A DNA stretch of 62,463 nucleotides, the filler included, from Collodictyon triciliatum (Eukaryota): NCBI GenBank assembly GCA_043381765.1. It is 5 parts of 5 records of this genome, joined end to end, with 100 filler letters (N's around TTAATTAATTAA, not from the genome) between each part and the next. Parts side by side here need not be neighbours in the genome. Positions count along the whole stretch, not along the records: positions 25,770 to 33,397 come from JBHJMP010000189.1; positions 33,498 to 62,463 come from JBHJMP010000190.1; 3 more parts are not named here. One strand, given 5' to 3'. Shown here in pieces: positions 26,119 through 38,248 of the stretch. The stretch's first letter is position 1; every line of letters begins with the position of its first letter. The notes below the pieces were generated by a model. The model did no database searches. It saw only the letters and a program-made list of their open reading frames with translations, and was not told the DNA's origin. Made by a program: the position numbers and the translations under genes.

Positions 26119-29100
26119 GGGGGTTGATGCCCTTATAATTTTTCAAAATATGATCTGAATATGTTTTCAAGGAGGAATATACTCGAGTTCATATGTATAT
26201 TCAGCAAGCGTATGATCAGCTGTCCAGCATAAATCGGTTCATAGACTCCACAAAGTAAAGACAATCAATCATTCGCATGATATGTATATATAATTTCTAT
26301 CGAGCACATTCTGTAATGTTACAATTAATAGCTGATATTGTCTATTTTGTTTACTAAATAGGTCATCCATACAAGACTTGGAGGGGATACGATCGGACAA
26401 CGATAAATCACCAGATACATTAGCGCCTACATATGATCGAGTCATTGTCGTGCTTATGCAACAAAATGCATACTTTAAGCAACAGGCCCATGCGTACAAA
26501 TCTTCTCATTTATAAAATATTCTTCTTTCAGTTCTTTTCAATAGTTCCTTGATATATTACTAATGTCATCTTATGTCATAATTTCATCGCTATATCATAT
26601 AGATACTATAAAGAGATTCAACTCTTGAAAGCAAACTGCGATGAAAAATCCCGAGATTCTCTGGGTCTTAACTCTGGAAAGGGAAAAAAATATGGAACTG
26701 TACCTGAGAGAGAGGTTTTACAAATTAAAGAAGAAAAAGAAAGAGTTGTGAATCGAGTGAAAAAAAGAAAAGGAGGATTTTGTCGTTCTTTTGCTTTTAT
26801 TGTCTCGTTAAACGCCTTTACATTTATCGCTCTTACCCCTCTCCTGCTGTAAGGTCAGGAGATCTCTTCTCAGTGTCTACTGGCTTATGGCTAAACCTTG
26901 GCATTTCCTGCTTAGAATTTAATCGAATTAAAAAAGCTGGACAAAGCAACTTCGTCATCAGAAAAAAGTACTCTGAATAAAACCAAAAAGTCTATCGATA
27001 GAAGAAAGGTAAATAAAAATAATAATCACATCAAGTAATATATAAGGGTATTGAATAAAATGCTGTGTTATCATTTTGTTTATTTCTTCTTTTTTTTTCT
27101 TTTTTAATTTTGGACTCAGAGTTCTCCACTTCCATCGGCAAAATCGAAAGATCATCTGGAAATTGTGTCTTTGGAGCCATCCAACCCGTCAAATTTGTAT
27201 ATGGTAATAGTTTTATGGTCTCTGAAATCGAATTCCATCATTTATTAAATGAGATTATATTCAAGGAAAGCGAAGTCACTTCGATGGCTTTGAGTACAAA
27301 GGAGATGAACTCGTCTGATATTCAGTCTCTTTCAAGTGTAATTTTTTAAAAAAAAATTAGCAAATCTTATTCCAATTCTTCATCTTCTCTTCCTCCATTA
27401 TCATTCAATTTTTTGCTTGATAAGGTCGCGTGTGTTTTATGAGCAAGTCTATTCCCTAACTTTCATTACTAACTTTAATCATTATATAGACAATTACTAT
27501 GGAACAACTACAGGTCGAGTGATGAATCGACCTTATTTCTTTTCTTTTTCTTTTTTCTTCTTGTTTAAGAACCACCCTTATAAATGATGGACGAAACCCC
27601 TCGTATGGAAACCGCACTAGCTTTGTATACCTAATTGAGATATAAACAATCTACTTCAGGACGAGAACCAGCTCTTGAAGAATACTATTCGAAGAGACCA
27701 AGACAAATTCAAGGAACTTGGAGAAAGAGTAATTGAAGCAGAAAAAGCATCTTTATTCATTCAAGATCAACTCCAATCACATCTCCAAATGGTCATACGT
27801 AATAATTATTTACACTTTATATTAACGCATACAGATATATGTATGCACTTGGTTTCGATGTAAGAGAGAGCAATCGTATTATACACATGAATCACGACAT
27901 TTGTAACATGTATGCGGATTACAAATCCTTTATGTATTATTCGTAGTTGAAAACGAAAAACTATCTCTTCAAATCCAAGAACTCAGTCGGTCCAGTCGAT
28001 ATTCTCTGTCATCAATGTCCTCTGATAAACAGCCCCCGATGTTATCATCAGGTATTTTATATATCATTTTACCTGGCATAACCTCGCTACACTTTGAATC
28101 GAATATACACTAAAGAATAAAAAAAAAAATCACTTTTCGCAGCTATGAGCGTACAAGAGGATATTCATTATTTCAGTCCAAGAGAATCCTCTCAAATGAG
28201 TAGAAATATTGTAAGCTGTAATGCAATTGTATTTTATTATATTCTAAATTATGCAAGAGGTCCCCCTCCGACCCTGTTCCATTGAGTTGAGGTCGAGATA
28301 TTATGGCTAGTGATTGAACTGGCATTTGAGTGCATACCAACTGATTTGATGTACAGACAGAGTTCAATACACATCCCGAACCCAGTCATCAAACGGAGGA
28401 TAAAATGGTTAGTAAAAACTCCAGATGCTGCTATTTTCTTAATAAAACTTCTTTGGTATATGTCTTGATTATTATGAGACTTACTCTAAGTGAATTTCGA
28501 AGTCATTTTCAGATCCTGACTTGAGAAAACTCCAAGAATTTAGTAACAAGGTACCATTACATTAGGCATTACCTAGCTAAAAATATATTCGATTTTTTTT
28601 TCAATGGCATCTATATGATTTATTTTCTATTCTTCCTTTCATATATAATTAATCTGAAAGACTTTATCCACATTTTAATTTTAGACCAAAGTTCTCTTGG
28701 ATGAAATTAATGTCCACAAAGCCGATCTCCTCACTGAAAATGAAATATTGAAGATGAATTTGATATCAATAAGTAATGAAGGGTTGCATGAATCCGAGGT
28801 CTTCAGAAGGGTAAAGATAATTTAAAATTGCTTTGTATCTGCTTATTTCTTGTTTGACGAAAATAGCTCCTAATAGTTAAATTTTTGATGATATTACCTG
28901 GTTGGTATCTATCAGAAATTGGAAGTTTACGAAAATGAGCTGAATTCTAAACAAAAAGTAATTGAGCAACTCCGAGAAGAAATGCAAAGTCTAAAGAGGG
29001 TATACCAGAAACACCTTTTTTTTCTTTTTTTCTTTTTTTCTTTTTTTCTTTTTTTCTTTTTTTCTTTTTCCTTTTATTCTTTTTTCTTTTTTTTCTTTTT

Positions 29101-29175
29101 ATTTAGGTTCTATAAAAATATTGTAGGAGTGTGAGCTCAAAATTGGCTATTAAGGCTATTTTTTTTTTTTTTTTT

Positions 29176-29254
<79 letters not shown>

Positions 29255-32200
29255 GTTTGTTTGTTTGTTTGTTTGTTTATGATAGCTTATCTCCGAATTA
29301 AAAGATCGAGAGTTTGGAGTCTTACAAGCCTCGCAAGGTTTTAAGAGCAAAGCGAGTTTATGCGATCGGGTATATATGCATACATTTATATTGAAACAAA
29401 ATGACCTGCAAAACTATTATATTTCAATTTGGTCAGTTTTAGTCTTAGTCTCATCCCGATAAGTGCTGAGAATTTTTTTAAGCTCAATTTCGAGTCATGT
29501 ATTTATTACATTTTAGCATGTGGTTTGGTTTTGTGTTTATCGTACCCCTTTTTTTTTCACATTTCCATATTGCATTACCAAGGAACTCGAAAAGTACAGA
29601 GCTACTGTGGCCACTCTTGAGAAACAGAATGAAGTTACCCTTTAATTTGCTTTATCATTATTGTTAATGATCTTCATACCTATTTGCGCATGTTCTGGCA
29701 AAGCTTATGTCGCGTTACATTCTTAGGAACTACAGGTCAGGATTAAGAATATGATTGAAACAGAACAGCAACAATCTATTTCACTGCAATCGCTTCGACA
29801 CACCTTGGCAATTCGCGATGTTGAATCGAAAAAACAACTGATTACAATAAAGGAGGCTCTCGAAGGTATTTCTCAGGCTCCTCGCTGAATATTTGTGTAT
29901 GAAATGATTAGTTTGCATATTACAACAAAAGTACCAAAATACTACACATCTCTTTTTTTTCTTTTGTTCTATGAGAGAAGAGTTATTATAAATATGTATA
30001 TTTGGCTCATGGTTAGTGAGGCAAAAAGAAATCGTCCGATGTCAAGAACTTTCGTCAACTAATACCAGACTTGAATTAGAACTGAGAGAGACTAAGTACA
30101 TCGTAATTTGTTCCAAAATTTACATGTTTTATCATCGTATCAAAAGGACAATCCATCGCTTGACATGCAGAATTTTCTATAAATAAATATAAAAAAATCT
30201 ATCAGGCAAGCGTTGGATACTCTCAGTAAGAAGAAAAAGGCTCAAATAGATTCCGAACAAGGTATCAAACAAAAGGTAACAAACATTGCATTAATCATAT
30301 TTATAGACTATACTTCGAAATATTTTCCCTTTATATCTACTTCAAAATATTTAATACAAAAGAATTATCAAATAAAAATAAATAAATAAACCTTTATCTC
30401 ACATGCTGGCTGTGGCCAGTTAATCATAAGTTTATGCTTTTTTTATATATATTTGAAAATCGTCACAGTTCGAAGTCAAAATCAAGTCTTTGGAAGAAGA
30501 ACTCAGGGACTACCAAGCCAAATACCAAAGTGAATCTAAAACACACGATTTGACTTTTATGTATACTTACAATATATGACCAAAAGGACTATCGTTGTCA
30601 CTTTTCGTTTTTTGTTTGCTATTTCTTTATCTTGCTTGTTTTCATTTTCCTCGTCCTTTCACCCTTTTTTACCCTTTTTTACCCTTTTTTTACCCTTTTT
30701 TTACCCTTTTTTTACCCTTTTTTTACCCTTTTTTACCCTTTTTTTACCCTTTTTTTACCCTTTTTTATTACTTTTTTTATTACTTTTTTTATTACTTTTT
30801 TATTACTTTTTTTATTACTTTTTTTATTACTTTTTTTATTACTTTTTTTATTACTTTTTTTATTACTTTTTTTATTACTTTTTTTATTACTTTTNNNNNN
30901 NNNNNNNNNNNNNNNNNNNNNNNNNNNNNNNNNNNNNNNNNNNNNNNNNNNNNNNNNNNNNNNNNNNNNNNNNNNNNNNNNNNNNNNNNNNNNNTAAAAA
31001 AAAAAAAAATCTTACCATTTCACCCACCAACATATTTATTTTTATTTCATGTCCTCACATTTTAAGTAAGGTGAACGGAAGACTATTTGTATAATGGCCA
31101 TAGACATCTTATTCATATTTATTTTACTTTTCCTTTCTCTTTCTTTCTCTTTCTTTCTCTTTCTTTCTCTTTCTTTCTCTTTCTTTCTCTTTCTTTCTCT
31201 TTCTTTCTCTTTCTTTCTCTTTCTTTCTTTCTCTTTCTTTCTTTCTCTTTCTTTCTTTCTCTTTCTTTCTTTCTCTTTCTTTCTCTTTCTTTCTTTCTTT
31301 CTCTTTCTTTCTCTTCCCTGTCTTAATTTTTTTATTTATTTATTTTATTTTTATTCTTTTATTCTTTTATTCTTTTATTCTTTTATTCTTTTATTCTTTT
31401 ATTCTTTTATTCTTTTATTCTTTTATTCTTCCTTTCAACCTTTAATTATTTTAATTATTTTAATTTTCCTGTCAAAATATGTATAATCCTATCTAGGCTT
31501 TTCAAGAAGAAATGAACACGTTGAGGAATCGATTGGAGGAAATTAACTCTAGAAATTCGGAGATATCTTTAGAGTTGGAACATAGACATCAGTTCCACCA
31601 AGATTATATTCGTTCATCGCACAAAGATGCCACCGAGATTTCTCGATTAAAAGCACAATTTACTATAATTACCCGGCAACTCGAAGAATCAACCAAGACT
31701 ATCGAAGGACTTAAGATGCGGCTAGAATCAGATTCGAAGAAGATGAAAGAGATTCGTCTCTTGGTAATATTTCTGATGATTTCATCATTTTCTGTCATTT
31801 TCTATCTTGCTCATCTCTTGATTGATGCAATCAATACATGTATCCTTAATTTCATATTTAGCATGCAAGACTTGGGATATCTATATAATGATATTGTTAT
31901 ATTATGATATTAACTTCATATATCGATATGGCTAAACTGATTTTTGGCAGAATGAATCCCTCTCAAACTCGTTTGATATCCTCATCGGCAAACTACAACA
32001 TTTGGATCATTCAGTCAGAATAGATTTTGTGAGGAATGTTGTTAAAGAAATGAATACATATAGTTCCTATTAATATATTACGAGTTTGGATTGGTCGAAT
32101 CAATTTATATTATTTACTTATGTATGTACAAATGAGAATAGGGTGATTCAGAATCATTTGAGAACACATCTTCTGCTCCTGTTGAGGTATTTCATTGTGG

Positions 32201-33197
32201 CGATATCATAATGGAAATATGTCTCGGGTTATAACCCATAGAAAAAGAAGAAGAAAAGTATTAATTTTTTTGTGCTTTGAGAACTATCAAAATTATTTTA
32301 TTTTAATTTTTTTGCATTTTCCGTATGGCTTTCTCTTACCCTTTTTAATTTTAATTTACTGTAGGACAAGATAAGGAATGTGGAATATTTGTTTTCGAGG
32401 ATAGAGGCATATATTCGATTGCAAGTTCAAAACTTTAGGCTGAAGCTGCATCGTGCTGATGAATCGTACTCTACTCTACAAAGTCAATTGGCTCTGTGCC
32501 AAAAACAAATGATTGAAAACCTTGTAACTTTCATTTATTTTTTCTTGCAAAATTAATGTACTTTGATGAATTTATTTTCTTTAGCATATATACAAAACCA
32601 TCTTTACATTCATCACATAACCATATGAGAAGAGAAAATCGAATACGAAGTAAGTATGTCCATGAAATGTGATAATATCGATTAAAGTGACACTGAATAC
32701 CTATCAGAAAAAAATAGAACACTTGGAATCTGGTGAAAATCTCGTTGAGGTCACACTCACAGAGAGCCTCAATATTAATGAACAACTATATCAAAATCTT
32801 GAAACAGCCAAGAGAGAAATTGATACTCTCAATCTGCAACTTAGCCAACAAACAGACCTTTACAGAATAGTGGTGAATGAAAAGGCATCACTGGAACAAA
32901 AGGTATGCCTTTGAGCTATGTGGGAAAATGGCCATTTGAAAAAAAAAAAATACAACTGCACCTTTCCATGTGAAATCTCTAATTAGCCAGATGTACAGCT
33001 ATTCGTAAACTGCCACATTCACACATGGATATAAACGCTCTTTATAAGCAATCTAGTTTACGCATGAAAAGACAACAATGAAGAATATGTCAAATTAGCA
33101 TTTTGTAAAGACGTTTATGTATAGTTTCATATTCTTTCGAAAGAATACGAGAGCTTCATGGTGGCTAAAATCAATACGGAGGGGAAACTTATTAATG
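25944..33197 (+). CDS. Large coiled-coil protein of unknown function, >20 exons, partial at both ends
   Basis: Successive GT-AG-bounded E/K/Q/L-rich exons, e.g. EMDQKQQMLSAMVSEKENALKEQN, LEVYENELNSKQKVIEQLREEMQSLKR, EEMNTLRNRLEEINSRNSEISLELE...LESDSKKMKEIRLL, LYQNLETAKREIDTLNLQL. No globular family recognised. Confidence 0.75.
30660..31430. repeat. Cluster of T-rich intronic repeats (TTTTTACCC, TTTTTTATTAC, TTCTTTCTCT, TTTTATTC)
   Basis: Directly visible. Confidence 0.9.
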
Positions 33198-33397
33198 TTT
33201 GTAATTGATTTCTTTCATTTATTCGGTCCAAATATCGTATATGATCGTTATAATGTGAATTTCTCACTGTAGCAGCTATATATTGTTTTTTTATTGTTTT
33301 TTATTGTTTTTTTATTGTTTTTTTATTGTTTTTTTATTGTTTTTTATTGTTTTTTTATTGTTTTTTTATTGTTTTTTATTGTTTTTTATTGTTTTTT

Positions 33398-33497
33398 NNN
33401 NNNNNNNNNNNNNNNNNNNNNNNNNNNNNNNNNNNNNNNNNTTAATTAATTAANNNNNNNNNNNNNNNNNNNNNNNNNNNNNNNNNNNNNNNNNNNN
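33398..33497. other. Artificial scaffold linker
   Basis: TTAATTAATTAA at 33442-33453 inside Ns. Confidence 0.95.
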
Positions 33498-33499
33498 TA

Positions 33500-36400
33500 T
33501 TCATAAGCCGCCTGGAAAATGTTGATGAGAAGATTGGATTATATCACTCTCATCTTGTCGAACTCTTATCTTCCTGTTGTTTTGGTGTTTGTGCTTCCAG
33601 TAAGAATGCTTGTCTATCTAGGATACCGATCGACACCATGGTAAAAATTGTCTCCAATCAATCCATCTACATTAACATCAGGACAGTATATTTGAAATTT
33701 CTCTGTAGCTTGTTGTTTGCATATGAAGCTGTTCTTGATTTTGGAGAGGATGGCGAAAGTGATGACACCAGCGATCAAAATTTAGCCAATGAACCCAGCT
33801 CATTCAATAACACGCTGAATGGGCAAGGGGAGTCAACCAAGATTATAGAATTTCTAAAGACTAATCAGAGTGACGTTATGCAAATGATTCACTCTTTTAG
33901 TCATTTCTTGACACAAAAATCCGACTTTGAAAACCCAACAAATGTTTCTAATGCACAAACTTCGGCATTCAGCTTTCACTCAATTCCATTCAGTGTAAGA
34001 GGCTCTTCAAACATGACTGACGACGCCTGGATGAGTCGATTTCCCAGAAACCCTGTATCATCGTGGTCTGAAGAAAACGTTCGTTTTTTCATCGAGGTGG
34101 CTATATTCATACGTGTTTTGGGATTCTATTTGGATGATTCTGGTCTATCAGGAATGCGACAAGCGGCCATAGAGACTAGTAAACTGCTTACTTTAACCTT
34201 TTTATCTGCACCGGATGCTGAATCCGTAAGGGTTGTTCCTTTCTTTTTAAATAAGATTTTCCAGACCCTTTGGAGAGGAAAAAGGCCCGAAATTTGGCAA
34301 GATTTTGCAGATAGGCAAACTGGATTTCTGGGAAAGATTTCATCGCTTCTTAATTCAGGAAATCCTAACTCTATAGAAATGGCTCCTTCTCGAAAATCCT
34401 CCACTACCTCAACTGCCAATACTATCCCTAAAGAGTTGATTGAATGGAATTCCAAGATTAAAGAGGTACAAGACATGATTTGTGAAAGGATACTCTCTAT
34501 GAATTCTGAGTCAACAGGACTACTTAATATTCTTTCAGGCCAAAACAACGTCCCAAAAAAAAGAGACATCACTTGTGAAGATAGACTCCTTCTTGAAGAA
34601 GAAAACCCAGGCTACCATGAAGTCGAAAATCAGATCGAATTTAAAAGTATTTACTTTGGAGATGTAACCATGGAGCTGAAATCACGCTTGTTTGCTATCA
34701 TATCTAGCCTGAAAGATTTGAATGAGCCTGGTATTCTAGAATCGAACCAAGATTTCGCTTTTATCTTCAACATATGCCAGCATCTCCAAACGACACGAGA
34801 TATTGGTATCACCTGGAGTCCCTGGCTATTCCAAGTATTAACATATGTCCTTTACTGCTGCCCAACGGACGTGGAATCTGACTCTCTTATGGGGGAAAAG
34901 ACTAAAAGTCCACATCAGCTTGACGGATTCTGCTTGACAGGACTTTCGACCTTAACGCAGATGCAACTATTGTATGTCAAACTTCAAATACCTGAAACGA
35001 TCCTCAGTCGCTTGAAGTTTTGTCAGGCAGGATGTCCTCAGCGCTCATCAATATTCAGACTCGGCATTTATCTTCTCAAAGGAGGAAATAAAATGGTTCA
35101 GAGTAGTATCTCAGATAACATCAAACAAGACCCAAAGAATGCAGTCATAAGAAAAATTCGCAGTGGCTTTTTAGAGGCCATAGAACATCTTGGGGGTTAT
35201 AGGGCAATACAAAACAAGAACGGAAAAGGAGCGGTAACTACAAGAACCCTTGTGGGAACCAGAAGAGATGAAAAACAACAAGAGACCGTTCAATTCATTA
35301 CAATATCCCTGCGCTTTATTCAACTTCTATGTGAAGGCCACAATCATGACATGCAAAACCTCCTACGCAACCAGCCGAAAAATTCTGTTGACCTTATATC
35401 TGAAGTGGTTGGGTTCATATTGTTCTTTCAAGAAGATACATGGGGTAGATTGCCCAGAGGTGCACAGGGATTAGACATTAACGCATATACTACCTTTGAA
35501 ATGCTCTCCACTATTATTGATATGGAATTACTGACCCAAGGATATAGAACGATGACAGAGTTTATGCAAGGGCCTTGCCTAGAGAACCAGAAGGCCATAT
35601 TGGATGCCAAGGCATGTGATTTTCTTGAGAAATTCCTCCGATATTTCGACCTAAGTAAAACATTCGGTTGTGGGCAAATATTGACTCCTGTCGAATTTTC
35701 ATCTAAATTGCATCTCCCCCTTTTAATGGATGAGTGGAACCTTCAATTAAATCAGCTTCAAATGAGCATGTTGGAATTTTTGGTTGGATTGATGGAAGGT
35801 AATCACGAAAACGGAACGCGCATTATTGATGAGATATGTCATATCGTCTTGATTGATAACATGACCTTTCATTTTGAACGTCATCACGCTTTTCATAAGG
35901 AACAACACAATGTTTTCAACAAATCAAAGCTTACTTTTACAAAGCCTCAGTTAGAGTCCCTCAGCGTTCACTCTATCAGGGAAAGAATGTCCCCATCGGT
36001 TCTAGTGCATGTGAAGCATATTGACCTCAGTAAGCTCGAAAGTGTCGTCGAGGTCGATTTCCGATATCGCAAATTTGTATACGGTTTGTGGTCTCGAGTC
36101 CATATCATGATTGGTTGCGAATATTACAAAATTATGCGTCTGCTTTCGGAGTCATCAATAGGACAAAAGTTGGCGAGAGACTTGCATGCTTGGGAATCCA
36201 ACCACAAACACTATAATGTTCATGAGTACGTCGCTCGAATAGAAATGTTGAGAGAAAACAAATTGGAACTTGTCCTTTTTAATGTTCCGAAAACCATTCG
36301 TGATTACTGGAAGTCACCGGAAATTCAAAGTGCAAAGCATGATATCTACTATCAAGTTGACCGCACAAACCCTGAAGACAAACTGCGGGACTTTTTGAAA

Positions 36401-37207
36401 AGGTCAAATCAATTAAACTATATGTTTGATAATTTGAATAAAATAAAGAAACTCGATTATGTACCCATTATGAAGCCAATTTACTATGCAACAAAAGCAA
36501 GGTCAGCCTGGAGAACCCTTTCATTTGCAGTCACAGTAATTATCAACATTCTGCTTTTGTCCGGAACCCAAGTCGGAGACACTGGCGACCAATATAACAT
36601 CAAAGAACCTGAGAAACGAGCAATCGATGGACTTGGTCACCTGCAACTTATCTTGTCGATTTTGATGATATTGACCACTTTGATAATATTTGCGCCTGTG
36701 AAGTACAAACAAGCTGCTGAAGAGGTCAGGTCCAAGGGGAAAAAATATCCGCTGCAGTCAAAGTTCTCTGGTCTCTGGAGCATATTGAGCGACAACGAAA
36801 TTGCATTTTTGTTCATCTATGTCTTTTTCAGCTTCGTTGCAGTTGCTAAGTCTCCATTCTTCTTTTGTGTCCATTTGCTTGATATTTTTTTCAAGAATCG
36901 ACTCTTGAACTATGTCCTTCGCTCTGTTTTTCAAAATATCACACAGTTGGCTGCAACAATCCTCCTTGGGGTTATAGTTATATACATTTTCACGATGATT
37001 GGATACTCTTCATTTCATGGACAATACGAATTTGGAGACGGAGCGGTGAATTGCTCCAATCTTTGGACATGTTTTCTGGGTCATTTAGATTTGGGTTTGA
37101 GAGGACCTCCAACTTGGCTGTCTGATGATTTAAGCTTTGAGAATTATCTCTTTGATGTTTTGTATAACATTTTGATTATACTCATACTGGTTGCAATTAT
37201 TTCTGGT
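33500..37207 (+). CDS. Inositol 1,4,5-trisphosphate receptor-like Ca2+ release channel (IP3R/RyR superfamily), internal fragment in a single giant exon
   Basis: Open from the scaffold start: YHSHLVELLSSCC; LGIYLLKGGNKMVQ; RIH-associated domain LRFIQLLCEGHNHDMQNLLRNQ and TMTEFMQGPCLENQ; RIEMLRENKLELVLFNVP; DKLRDFL; six-TM ion-transport region with HLLDIF, LNYVLRSV, LGVIVIYIFTMIGY, CSNLWTCF, LVAIISG. GTAAGT donor at 37208; the terminal exon(s) are lost after the gap. Confidence 0.93.
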
Positions 37208-38248
37208 GTAAGTGGTATCAATCAGTTTTCCATTTTTTTCTCTTTTTTCTTTTTCTTTTTCNNNNNNNNNNNNNNNNNNNNNNNNNNNNNNNNNNNNNNN
37301 NNNNNNNNNNNNNNNNNNNNNNNNNNNNNNNNNNNNNNNNNNNTTTTTTCTTTTTTTTCTTTTTTTTCTTTTTTTCTTTTTTCCTTTATGCTCCGCCGTT
37401 TGGAAGTCTAATGTGCTTGATGCTTGGTAAATCTGTAAATTGACAGGCCGGCGTCTGGGAGGCTCCGTCCGACCCTGGTGTGGACATCGGTCGCTGGCAA
37501 CTAATATACAAAGGAGAAGTTAGATTCAAATATTGTATCACTATATTTCTTCCTCCAGCAAAACAATTAACATATAAACCACATTTACTTACTCAAGCAA
37601 CATCTCATCCCAACGAAGTCGCTGCATACAACTACATCTTACCTATCCATTCCTCATCCTTTTCTATCTGGGTTGATTGTTCTTTCTGCCTACTTCCCAT
37701 CGCACTTATCACTCGTTGACAAACCACAAATACCAGACTGCTGCTCTGCCGTCGTCTTCATCCCTCACATTCACCTTGGTGTGCGAAGGCAAGAAAATCA
37801 CACCAACTCCACACGGGAATACCCCTCGCAAGAAAGTAAACTGAGAGTGGATTATGGTCTTTGTTCTTTGCACACATTTGTGTTGGATACGCGTGTAGGA
37901 TTTTATGCTGCCACTTGCATACCCATCCAGTCGAGGTCATAGTCATGGTTTTGTAGATAAAAGCTGCCAGAAAGAATAAAACGTGCCGATTCCTGACACC
38001 ACCCTTAGAGTTTTCTTGTCTTCCTTCCTCTATCTTCTTTTTCATTTTTCATTTTTCATTTTTCATTTTTCATTTTTCATTTTTCATTTTTCATTTTTCA
38101 TTTTTCATTTTTCATTTTTCATTTTTCATTTTTTTTACCGTTGCGCCATGCTTTTCAATCACCTCTCAAGCATTCGGAAGGAGTAAGCAAGCAGAAAAAC
38201 AGAAATAGCTTATTCGAACAAGACTTGCGTGTCTCAGTTCTGCCAGAG

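Noticed and set aside
33500-37207. Stop-codon reassignment or alternative genetic code
   Set aside because: A ~1,236-codon exon has no TAA/TAG/TGA, and genes end in TAA, TAG and TGA. Apparent in-frame stops elsewhere are explained by introns.
37208-37411. Extension of the IP3R ORF to 37411 as in the ORF track
   Set aside because: Reads through a GTAAGT donor into T-rich intron and Ns; not a real C-terminus.
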